A stretch of DNA of 64,000 nucleotides from Botryllus schlosseri (lineage: Eukaryota): positions 26,910,001-26,974,000 of the forward strand of contig CM119372.1 in NCBI GenBank assembly GCA_051294905.1, written 5' to 3'. Positions 23,198-34,690 of the stretch are shown here, piece by piece (the first letter of the stretch is position 1; each line of letters opens with the position of its first letter). A model generated the notes under the pieces. That model was not told where the DNA came from. It saw only the letters and a program-made list of their open reading frames with translations, and made no database searches. The translations under genes and the position numbers were made by a program.

Positions 23198-26100
23198 GTG
23201 AGATAGTGAGATTGCGTCATCGTAAGGGTAGTAAACAACATGCGCTCAGCCGTGACTTTCACGTATCGATGATCATCACCTGCACAGCACACAGCTGGGA
23301 TTGTTGGGAATATTCACAAATGTTTATTGAGCCTGACATTATTGTCGCTTTGGTGTTTGAGATTGAGGGTATATTGGTTTAGATTTAGAAATAAGCCCCG
23401 TTTCAAAAAAAGTGGTTAAAATCTCGAGCCTTAGGAAGAACAATGCTAAACTTTTAGGTGTTCTGGCTGACTTTATGTCTTCCCCCGATGGATTCTGAAT
23501 GTTGATGTGTACAATGCCGAGCATGGAAAGACTCCTCATACTTTACATATCTTCAAGTCCATATCACAGAACAATATCACGCCAAATTGTGTTCATAGCT
23601 ACCTTGTTATAGTAGTCTGGATTGGTGTGATTGTACACAGCGGCAATTAGATTCTCGTCTTCTATATTATTCATTTTGTTTTGCAACTGAAATTAGCATA
23701 AAATCGCATGATTAATCACTGCAACTTCAGAAAGTGCGAAGTCCGATCACTACAGACCTGCCAACGCAGCTGAGCGGATGGAAAATACGCATGAAAGCGA
23801 ACGCGTGCGGGTTCTCACACTTTTGCTCTTTCTGCTCCTCATTTTTTCCTCGTCCCTCTTCTCTCTCGCACGCATCCGTTTGAGAAGAGAAATAAGGAGA
23901 GAAAGAGACGGACGCGTTTACGCATCGTCTATTCCAGGCTTAACACTGTTGCCCTACCTCGTCCAGACATTGCTTCATTGATCATTTGCTACCATTGTTT
24001 GATTTTTTTTCTATTTTCCTTTCGTAACTAAACATTTTTTTACAGCCAGACTGTTCTGAGCCAAGTGTACCTGTTTGATGCTGGTGTGATCAGACTAGAT
24101 GACCTTCACGGTCTTATCGATCATTCCTATCTAATACCGAATACTGTGCACGCATATTTTCTGTACCACCATCACTGCCGTTTGTTATGTATTTTGGTTC
24201 GATGAAAATAAAGACTCTCTCTCTCTCTCTCTCTGAGCTGTGGCGTTTTACTACTAATGAAGCGAAACTGCCTCGATATCTTCCGAATTCGAAGAAATAC
24301 AAATTAGGTTATCAAAATGTTTCTATCAGTAGGCCATTGACAATTTAGCAATTATAATGAGTCTGCACAGTAGGATATTCCATATCAGGTGACCATTCTG
24401 TTGATGTGAGCTTCGGAGTTTTAATAGTATTGAAGCGAAACTGCCTCGGGATATTCTGAATTGAAGTGGACCCCGGTTGAGAACCACTGCTGTACAGTGT
24501 ACATTGTATATATTGCACAATAGTAAAACAATGACTTGACGCTTTAATACCGGCACTGCGCTCGTTAATATCAATCCATGCAGTCTAATTTAATCTTGAC
24601 ATGGTACGATTTGTTCAATTGTAATTGCAGAAATGAGTGCATGTCGGGACCTTATCCACTTTCTACCAAATACTCAATGGTTTGAACTTCGATATTGGTG
24701 CGCTAGTTCATCAAGTTTAGTGAAATATAGATGGTTCCCCTTCCAGCGAATCGAATAAACTCAGAATTTGTGCCACTGAGCATACGGTGTTGCATCAATA
24801 TTTGACAGCTTAATTCGACGCCGTGCACTGTAGGCTACTAGTCAGTAACTGATAAAACAACAAGCTCACAAGTGGCATTGCGCGACAATTCAAGAATACG
24901 AGTGTATCAAGTAGACAAGAATAAATACACAAAATTGATGATTACAAACTGGAAAACGCGAATCCAATCCCTAATGGCCCTCTTATATCCAACACCAGGG
25001 GTAAGGGATTCCGCACATCGTATTGGCTTGCTAGCATCGCGACAATTGTATGTGGACTATAACGGCGTTATGGGTTGCTTCGATGCATTTCCCTATATAC
25101 GTTGGCAAATCGTTCCTGAAGTAAACGACTATGCGTTGTAATGAATTACAATTCGTAGGCATACACAATCACACACTATCCTATTTCGCGCTGCGATTAA
25201 AATTCTATCAACAAAGAATATGGATTTGCTTTTCCAATTCAGGAAAGAGACGGTGCTTCTCGGCGGGCGGCATGGGCGCCTCCAAATCAACATACGCACT
25301 GTTCAACAAGGTCACGTTTTTATCGTCTGGCATCGATTATATATTCGCCTCATTATTTATTTGTCAAAATTGCTGTAGTTCATATAAGCATCAATCTCGT
25401 TTTGTGACATGCATGGTGATCAATATTTTTCCAACCACACAATTGGTCATAGGTGTTGCGCAGATGACGAAATTGCGGGTATTACGAATACCCATAATAC
25501 AGTAATTAAGGAGTAAGCGCCACATGTCCGGCCTGCCAGGTTTAGCGATTGAACATGGTTAGCTGGAAAAGTTGGTGAATACGAGGCAACAATTCCTAAT
25601 TTTGTGAACGATTACTGTAAAATCATGTGAATTCAGCCATTAGTGGTAGCATAGCATCTTATGATACGCATCGGAGCCGGAGCTACTTTTCAAGCAACCG
25701 GTTCCAGCCCCGGATCCGACTCCACTTGAATTTTATGTAGAGCGCCGGCTCCAGCTCCGGCTCCGCGGAAAATGCACGGCTCCGGGGCTCCGGCTCCTAG
25801 CTCCGGCTCTGGATCCAAAACCCTGGTTACAATCACGTTTATTCTCAATAATTGCATGTCCTGAATTAATATATTGCTCTACATCGGATTGTGGGCCGAG
25901 GGGACTTCTGATTGGTCATGCGAGATTATCAGTCGAAGACGGGGCGTGACATGTGATGTGACATCCGAATGTAGTAGCATCCAATGCTGTGTTTTAGATG
26001 GCTTGAGCGTTACTATTACAAACCGTGTATCAGACAACGCAACGTCATAAGAACTAATTCCTATTTCATTCAACAAACTTATACTCTCGATATTATGTAA

Positions 26101-26651
26101 AATTTTGAACGGTATAGCATCCAACTTGCCTCGGTACGAGAATCAAACAAGCACTTCCAACTTTGTTTCGGTTGCTTGCCGGATACAAATATCCCGATCG
26201 AATTTCAGACAGACCAGTATATCAATAGTAAAACGTTAACTCGCGATCTTTACCTTTGGTTTTCATCGTATGCCTTCGGAACAAGTCTTTGTAATAAAAT
26301 TATTGGTCGAATACATTTTTTGACGCGTACAATAGAATTGGTCAATATATGATTGGTTTAATAAATTGAGTTGCCTAACGGTAATAACCACGAAACGGAC
26401 TTAGCCACACTGGATAGATAGTGATAGATAGATCATTAATTAGATTTGTCTCACCAGGAAAATTTGAAACATTCAAATAATCGGTATGGACAGGGAAGGC
26501 ACGATACGGCCGGGTGGTCAGCTAGTCAATCCCTTCCCTAGAGAGCATACAAATTATATCTAACAGCACCAGAGACGAGACAGAACGAACACAATGGTAG
26601 ATTTGAAAAACACAAAAATGAAAGAGATCCGTATCAGCACACGACCTACAC

Positions 26652-27978
26652 CAGTGGTTCCCAACGTTTTTGTCTTCATTCCCCACTTAAGATTTATTTC
26701 GAGCCTTCATTCCCCACCAGGACCGCAACATCACTTTTCAGCCCCGCCAACAAAACGTTGGTCTTGGGCCTCCAGAACCCCCTTAGTCCCGCAGAGCCTG
26801 TAGGCTTTTTCCCTGCAACTTATCAGCTACATTGGGTCCACTGTTTGGTGCGTCGCTTTATTTCGACTAAACGCACGTAGCGCGAAAAATTTACACAATT
26901 CGTGATTGAATCGGCCAATATGAATTGCATATATTTTGCTATCAATTTTTTAGCCCCTCTCTGCTCACGTAATCAGATTAGCCGGTAGATCTGAGTGAGG
27001 TGTGTTGGAAAAGGTATGACCCCTAAATAAGAGTTGAACAGCTTCTGGCGCACCCGCTGATATATTGACTTCGTTACATTATGCTATTTTGTGACCTCAT
27101 ATGTCTGCTATGTCAAAAGATATGGAAATCGCCAAAATTAAAAGGTACACACGGTTTCGAATTGGTATTGCTTTACAGGCAAATAATTTTTCCCTGCGGG
27201 ATGGCTTTTGTCCTGTGGGGTTCAAATCGCCTGGACAGGAACTCGGCGCCAGCCATTTAGCCAATTAAACATATATGTATATTGTATATATAACGAAGTT
27301 TTGGGTCACCGCAAGGGCATTCCTTCACGGCCAAGGTCTTCTCGCTGCAGATCGTTCTGGCACACTTCTCGGAGTTGCATGTTACATGGCCTATAACTTC
27401 ATATGGCTTGGTGCGTCGTGGCGCAGTGATGGCCGACGCCTAAGTCTCCATTTCTATAAATTCTACGTATTTTCGTGGGGGAAGGGTACCCAGTGATCAG
27501 ATATTCGGCAATATTAAATCGCGGGGGGTTTGGGGTGCGGCAGTTACGGTCCTGTTCCCCATTACCCAGCACTTTTGTCATCACAGAGCAGCTATTTGCT
27601 GGTTTGACTACTTAAGACACACAATCACACCAGCACGCAAGATAATCGCCTATAACTGCAACATAAAACGTATTGTGAACCGATACCAGTAGCGCTCAAA
27701 ATTTCACGAAAGCGTTATTTCACATCAAACTAGTCGTGCTGGATGTGTTTGTGACGCCATAATTGACCATCCAGAGTTGAAAATGAGGTTTTGTGAACAA
27801 CACGCAATATAATTTTCGATACATACATTCCAGAGCAGTTAACTGGTAACGGTAATTGCGCATGATGTGTCTCCGTGAATATATAGCCTGTCCTCTATAT
27901 AATTCTGACCAAATGCGTCTACCAGAAACCATTGAATTCCCCACCAGTGGGGAATTCCCCACCGTTTGGGAACCACTG
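26652..27978. mobile_element. hAT-type MITE containing a second element at 26718-27554
   Basis: Outer TIR CAGTGGTTCCCAA / TTGGGAACCACTG, perfect TSD ACCTACAC. Inner element CAGGACCGCAAC / GTTACGGTCCTG, TSD TTCCCCAC / TTCCCCAT. Confidence 0.85.
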
Positions 27979-28015
27979 ACCTACACGTAAGAGAGCTATG
28001 CTCGAGCAGCAACAA

Positions 28016-28909
28016 TGGGGCCGGTGTGAACGTGAGGTTCACGTTCGCGTTCTGTTTGTGAACCTCAGAAATTTAGAAGTTCACGTTCACAAACGAACCT
28101 TAGGAGGTTCTGCACTGTAAAACTTTTTCATTTATTACAATTTCCACGTCATTATAACATCTTCGGTTGAAATTCTCTGAATTTCAATTTCGAATAACTC
28201 TATGAATGGGGCTGGCAGCATAAAAAATCAACAATAAACAGTAAATGAACAGTAAACGAGCATGAACTTTGACAATCTCAAAAATCGTACTTGCTTGGTC
28301 ACAAAAGTCTGCTCGAAATATTCAACTTTCCGTTTGTAAATATTTAGCGACTGTCTGCTGTGAGCTTGACCCGCTATCACACAGTATCAAGAACATCGTT
28401 GTCTAATGTAAAAAAAATGTAGCAAGCGTACGGGATCCATCCTTATTTGATATGTTTATTGTATCATAAAAACCAAATCCGTGCGATTGGAGTGTTGGCT
28501 AACTTGTTTATGGGGTAATATCGGTAGCAAGTATAGAAACCCGTCTTACACTCTGCTCAAGATCAACGTAGCAATAGTCAATTGCAGAATAAGTTGTCCG
28601 GCCTAAACCGTCAAGGCGCAAGCTTATATTTCCTTTCAATTCCTCGCCGAAATTGTCGGCAAAGCGACAGCTTGAGTTAATGGAATTATTATTGTATTTT
28701 CTTGCTCCGGTTGATACAAAAGTCAGCATATACTCCAGAATTGTGGCATAATCTGGCCTGAGTCGTCGCTAGGTACTGAAATGTAGGGTTGGAATTAGCG
28801 ATATGACGCCGTGTGACGTCATAGGTTCACGTTCGCGTTCACACAGAACCTTTCAATAAGGTTCGCGTTCACACGAAGCTGAACCTTTCAGGGATTCGCA
28901 CCATCCCTA
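28016..28909. mobile_element. hAT-type MITE, GTTCAC/GTTCGC family
   Basis: Perfect TSD AGCAACAA; right end GCACCATCCCTA; homologs at 42368-43547, 53034-55380 and 54116-55062. Confidence 0.85.
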
Positions 28910-31368
28910 AGCAACAACAACAGTGCACATCAATCACAGACCAATAGATTGATTAGAAGTTTCCAGCAGATAGTCTATCAGTGATTGTTAAAAACCGTTT
29001 AAGCTTCATTCGCGAATAGTAACGGCTATGCTATTCCAAATGTTAGGACCGGCTATTAAAAGTTTGTTTTGAGAGTTGGACGTGATTACCTTTATCGATC
29101 GTTATATTCGAACTAAAAACCCTGCTTGACTGAGATTGGAACGTAGCTGTACAGCTAATTTATCCCGACTCAAGCGATTGGAACTTCCGTTCAACCTGGC
29201 ACCTCATGATAAATCCGTTTTCGAGGCATCTGGAACCTGCTAAAAAAGAGTCCGACAATCGTATTGCCACATTTCCATATTTCACATCTCATAAATCCAA
29301 TATAGACAGAGGCACACCAGGGTCTGAAATCGCTACAATTCATACGGCTATGAGCACAGTTCACCTACATAGAGTATATTTCTATTTGCTACAGTGTAGT
29401 TACGTAGCTATACGCACAGGCTCCATTTCTAACTCACGGTCGATATTATTTGTAGAAGTGTTTGATAAATAGATACATTTCGTTAATAATATAATCGGTA
29501 TATATTTTTCAGAGAGAATGAGAGACGGCAGAAGATGAATAAACGCTAATTTCCTACAAGAGTCATCATGATCCAAAAAGGAAATGTTACCGGGAGAATG
29601 TCCGTTATATTTCCGAACTAGAGCTGACAATTTCGCGTTCGATTGATGCAGTTGACACTAGATCAATTTTATGAAATTTTTTATCATGCAATGTGCATCT
29701 TTTAATTATGTAATCGTATAGAGTCGCGCAAAGTTTTAAAGCTCGACGAAAACAATAGTTAAACCAGGAATTTCGTCTTGATGCTCGATATTTCTTCCAC
29801 AGTAGATTGTTTTATGACTCAAATTACTGATTTAGTGTATTTGAGCAAGATCGGTGTTTCATTAAACAATGGGTTGCGACCAAAACAGGAATCGCGAAGG
29901 GTAAAATTTAGGGTAGTGACGGCACCAAATAGATTTTTTAATATGTATGTAGTATTTGTAGAATTACTTGCAACGTAAAATTTATTCACGAGATTTTCCG
30001 TGGATAATCTGTACAGTGTACATAAGTCCATGTGTTGGGTAGCCTACTTATAGCTAATAATTGAAACGTGCAGAAAAGTCGTTACTATAATATTCCTTGA
30101 TCATAAAAATGTGTCGACCTTTGCATTACACAATTGTTTTGAATTCATAATAAGATATATTCGACATTGGTTTCTCTAGAAAACACCATCTTCTCCGGAA
30201 AATACAGTCAGTGACCGCTGTGATGCTGTAGTGTACGAATGTGTAGCGAGCGGTTACGGGATTTTGAGAAACAGATATTTCGAGGCCAACCCCTTCCGCG
30301 CCAGGATACATGAAGACATGAAGTCTTGGCCAACATACGGCTATGCAAAGCGAGGTGCCTATAAAAAATTATGCCAAAATGATCGTCCAAATCTTGTGAT
30401 GTTGACATGTGCGGTCGTCGAAAAGGGATCGAAAAGTTCCGTTCTTGCAATATAAGGAGACAGTAGTACAATGCAGTGCAAATGCGACCCGCAGAAGAAA
30501 ATAATGCTGTCCCAAAAATGTTTCATAGAGCTGCGTTGCATACAACTGTTGTACTGCTGTTACTGTCATTTATGCCGGTAAAACGTAGCATATTTTAATA
30601 TTAAAAATGCAATATTTTGATGTGTGAGGCTTGGGTCGCGAGATGCCACTAAAACTCCGACTTGGGTCGCGGTCTAAAATGTTTTAGAACCACTGATGTT
30701 GGGCGTCGTATTTTCCGAAACACACAAGTAATGTTCTTGGACTTGACCTAAGCTTTCTACTAAGTTGAGGGAACGCGGATGAAGTTTTACTGTTGACTTT
30801 TTGTTACTAGTTGATGCGGTCATGAAGATGATTTTCTAGGTAACCTGCCTTATGGCTATGTGTCTGTAGAACCGGGTACGAATTACAGCTATATTTAACA
30901 AGTGGCTTGGGCAATAAATTGTCAATGTAGATTATAAACATTTTTCTATTCGCTTTCACCGTCTATGGCAGTGGCGATAAATCTGATGCTGGTTTTGTCG
31001 AGACTCACGTATTCGAGGAGTCAATTCCAGAGGATGGTCGGCATGATTCAACAAACTAATGTGCCTAAGTAATTTCAGGATCTGCTTTGCCATTCGCCGC
31101 GGTTGATTACGCCACATCGTTTGACCTGGTGACTTTCGTTAGCGTACGTCAGTGATTCCCAAACAGCGGGTCGCAGCACACCACTGCATGTGCCACCACC
31201 GATTCTTTGAAATTTCGAAAACTACCGTTTATATATTTAAAATAGGGTATTCAAAAAGTGTATTCAACTTGAACGCGCTCTATCTGCTCAATTCGTCTCT
31301 ACTTTCTGAGGCTCCGTATTCTATTCTCTATTTGGCTAATAATTATAGAATGATACTACACAGTTACT

Positions 31369-31785
31369 CAGTGGCGGCTCGTGACATTATCGGGTGGTGG
31401 GGAAAGGGGTTCACCCGATTTTTGTTGTCTAAGTGACGTCACAATAGTGTATTCCGACGTGAAAATGTGACTTCGTGGTGGTCACACACAGTTTGTATGG
31501 GGCATAGACATTAGGCATGGTTAACTAGGCTTACGTATTTCAAATTATTCGGAAGAAAATTTGAGGTGCAGTAGTTCATACCTGCAAATTTTAACGTTTG
31601 TATCAGTAGGCCTATTGCCCGCGGCGTGATTTCATAGTTGCAAAATGTTCAACGACGAGTTCACTGAAATCTGGAATACCCAGAATGACAGCATTGAGAA
31701 TTGTGAGCACATCTAACGCATCGAGCCTATCTGTACACGTCCCGATTCCGAAAAAAGTCTCTGTGCGTTTTAATGTTCTGAAAAC
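31369..31785 (-). mobile_element. End fragment of a hAT (Tip100-like) element with transposase C-terminus
   Basis: TIR CAGTGGCGGCTCGTGAC is the reverse complement of the element end at 62201-62217. Minus translation FRTLKRTETF...DRLDALDVL...DFSELVVEHFATMKSRR. Cut by a GACTC-family end starting at 31786. Confidence 0.7.
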
Positions 31786-32449
31786 CAGTGTTGGGATCAA
31801 GTCACGACTCATCTCGAGTCATTTCACATTTGACTCGAATCAAGTCACGTCTATCGATTTTCGAAAGTGACTCGAGTCAAGTCAAGTCACTCGTTTTTTG
31901 GAGGTGACTCAAGTCAAGTCCAGTCTCGAGTCAAGTCAAGAGTCAAGTCACAATTCAAGTCAAATTGAATTTCCGAAGCATGAGTGATGATTGAAAGTTA
32001 TTGCATTTTGCTAGCTGTGTGAACCACAGATTAATTGACCATTTATCTTGAATAAAATAACTAATATAAAGTTAAATATACAAGCAAAAAAGGCGCTGTA
32101 TCGCGTGCGCACACCTAGAACTGCTAATAAAATACGTGAGTAACTACATAGCTACATGCCACAATCTGCTATTATTAGCCAAAATAGAGGATCGAATAGC
32201 AAGCCCCGAGAAGTTGGTACAAACACCAATCTACACATTAATGAGAATATAAACACATGAACTATATTCGTTCAAATCATACAAGAGGGTTGGTAAAGGT
32301 GAGCACTGCGCCACGTATGCACTGAGCAGTCTAAGAAATAGAGATACGCTTCTATTAGATTAATCTACAGCTACTACGACAATATAATATGTGTTCGTAT
32401 ATCGTTTGCGGTCAATTTATTCGTGATGTGTACTGAAAACGTACTACGA

Positions 32450-32777
32450 AAGGAAAGGACGTAGTTTATTTTTGTCCTGGATGTTTTTGCGGCATATACA
32501 CCGACTTATGATACACATACGCACGATCTGTGCATATGCATACCATGAGTGCATGATGTGCATATGCCGCTCGACAAGGAAGCACAGATATAGCCTCTAC
32601 GGCTTTATAAGTCATACACCACCCCCTCCATGCTATCCCAGTAATGCATGAGCGCCAAGCAGGGAAGTCAAGGATACCAGTGTTACTAATCAGGTCTTTG
32701 GTCTGACCCGACCGGGGATCGAACCCACGACCTACCGATCAAGAAGCCGGACGCTTCACCATTACGCTATCTTGTCG
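32450..32777 (-). mobile_element. tRNA-derived SINE (family 1), apparently full length
   Basis: Minus strand: A-box TAGCGTAATGG, B-box GGTTCGATCCC, then CCAAAGAC...CCCTGCTTGGCGCTCA core; other copies at 5310-6568, 43064-43211 and 54018-55291. Confidence 0.85.
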
Positions 32778-33860
32778 AACTCAACGCCAGTTTGTTTTTT
32801 ATTATGAAGACTCAAGCAACTAAACGCGATACACAAAAACACCCTATATATAGGTAGGGTCAGATGTGGGTAATCAACACAAATGATGAGAACACAAAGA
32901 AACAATAATCATGACAATCACCCCTCCTTAAAAATAAGACTTCACTATAAATAAATCGTTACAAATGACAAATTTTAAAGCTACAAACAACAAAACGACC
33001 GCACGATTTGGCCCAATCTCCGTATCTATCAGGAGGCCAACGGATGCGAGTGGATCGACGTAGAGATATATCAGGCATCGGACTGCCATCGACGTCATCT
33101 GAGCGATCTACTTGAGAATCGGTGCTCGTGCGTTCTTTCTCAACTTACTGCATAGATTCTTCAACCACTTGTTCAGGCTAACGCTCCGGAATCTCCATAT
33201 CTTCCTCAGTTCCGGACTTTGGGCGCAAGGTTGCTGTTCGTTCACGAGGAGGACACGGAGCACGGTCTTTCACAGATACCGTAGTTTCACGACCGTCTCG
33301 GCGCTTTAAAAGAGAATACTTTGGATTTACTTCAATGAGCTCGACATATTCGCAGAGAGGATCTCTTTTATTTCGGACAAATTTTCTCAGGAGCGCATCT
33401 TTGCTGGATCTGGAATAGATTGACCGTACATCGATCGACGGCAAAATGAAAAGAAACGTTCATGCGGAGTGACTCAGGTGGCAGTACATAATAATGACCG
33501 TATAGAGTAGGTGGCAGTACATAATAATGACCGTATAGAGTGCAAGGCGTCTGCTAACACCACTTCCCACGCGCTCTCCGGCAATTTGTGAGATTCGAGT
33601 AAGAGTTTAATTGACCTCCATATCGTCTGATTAGCCCGCTCACACTGACTGTTACCCGTAAGGTGATAAGGAGTGGTACGACTGGTCGCAACACCCTTTC
33701 GGATCAAAAACTCATGGACATCTTTAGAGAGAAAAGACTATGCACATAGCCTGGTAGTCCAAACAAAGCGAACAATGTATATGGATATTTGGGATATTAA
33801 AGATAATTTGACATTATTTCAGTCAGTTTGCCCATATTGTACGAACGCCCTAAGAGCCAT
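32773..33860 (-). mobile_element. Gypsy-type LTR retrotransposon 3' remnant (integrase, polypurine tract, short LTR)
   Basis: Integrase motifs SRTTPYHLTGNSQCERANQTI, ALHSIRSLLCTAT, TPHERFF, DGRETTVSVKD and LRRSTR. The minus-strand purine tract AAGGAGGGGTGA precedes a TG start at 32916. Candidate LTR 32773-32916 has TATA- and AATAAA-like motifs. Confidence 0.85.
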
Positions 33861-33865
33861 CCCGC

Positions 33866-34286
33866 TAGGGTAGCATTTAAAACAAATGCTTGTTTATCAC
33901 ACTTTGTTTAAAACATGTTTAAAACAGTGTTTTATACAAAGGCCTTTAAAACAATTGTGTTTTTTAAGTTGTATAATTATGCCATAATTGTGTCAATACT
34001 TTCCAAAAAGATGTTGTATGTGTCTACAGACGCACCCTATATAGCCGACCTATACGATATGGGATGGTTGGAAATTGGAACCCCACAAAATGGTCGGTTA
34101 AACAGCTATAGTACGAAGATATTTCGCCGAAGGAACTTATCCTATATTTTCAAGTGTCAATGTCAATCCACTATGACGCAACAATTGAATATTAGTGACG
34201 TCATAGCTTAAACAAACAAAAAACATGTTTTAAACAAGAGCCTTGTTTTAAACTTGTTTGTTTAAAATTGGTTGTTTTAAATGCAA
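33866..34286. mobile_element. MITE with TTTAAAC repeats
   Basis: Left end TAGGGTAGCATTTAAAAC; right end GTTTTAAATGCAA lacks its last bases; flanks CATCCCGC / CATCCAGC. Confidence 0.7.
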
Positions 34287-34409
34287 CATCCAGCAGTTAG
34301 CAACTCTGGCCGATATAACTGTGTGTTTTAATCGTGAATCTTAAGTAATAATAAATATTATTCAAGAAGGTGTAAGTTTTGGCTTTGACAACCATACGGA
34401 TACCGCACC

Positions 34410-34690
34410 AGGTTAGTGAGGTAGCGAACTGGTATCTACAGCTGCAACACCAATGGGTTGCGGGTGTGAGTCCGACCGAGGTCGAATACAGAATTCCTAC
34501 CTAAGTGTTGGAGGTTCTTCTGATAGACTCCCCCTCGCAATCTCATCCGTGTAAGCGGTGTCTTATAAAATCCTAAAAGTGGGCCGTGCTACAAGTCGGC
34601 AGCTACGGAATAAAAATGAAGAAAATTGGCTTGGTGTAAATGACCATACCGTCGACAAACGCCATGAATACCTCAAAACAAACAAACAAA
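34410..34690 (+). mobile_element. tRNA-derived SINE (family 2)
   Basis: Reverse-complement homolog of 11560-11842; degenerate A/B boxes; (CAAA)n tail. Confidence 0.75.

Larger units (their letters stand above)
20839..23940. mobile_element. PIF/Harbinger-type non-autonomous element
   Basis: TIR AGCCTGGAATAGACGAT(C/G)CGTA at both ends; 3-bp TSD TAA (20836-20838, 23941-23943). A TWA TSD is characteristic of PIF/Harbinger. Confidence 0.85.
16970..24234 (+). mobile_element. Nearly intact CR1/L2-group LINE (3' UTR at 23944-24234 displaced by an insertion)
   Basis: ORF1 plus APE-RT ORF2; 3' UTR with GACTAGATGACCTTCACGGTC (24093-24113), AATAAA and a (CT)n tail ending at 24234. Confidence 0.9.
16257..24489. 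mobile_element. hAT-type MITE (~1 kb of own sequence) split by the LINE
   Basis: TIR CAGTGTTTCTCAACC / GGTTGAGAACCACTG; TSD CGGTACAG / CTGTACAG. One internal repeat unit is broken at 16969/24235, and an unbroken unit lies at ~24315-24465. Confidence 0.8.
14974..25825. mobile_element. hAT-like element with GCTCC(A/G) repeats; outermost layer of a nested stack
   Basis: Ends CAGGGCTTT / AAAACCCTG; TSD GTTACATT / GTTACAAT (7 of 8); GCTCCAGCTCC/GCTCCGGCTCC arrays at 15005-15120 and 25670-25810. Confidence 0.75.
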
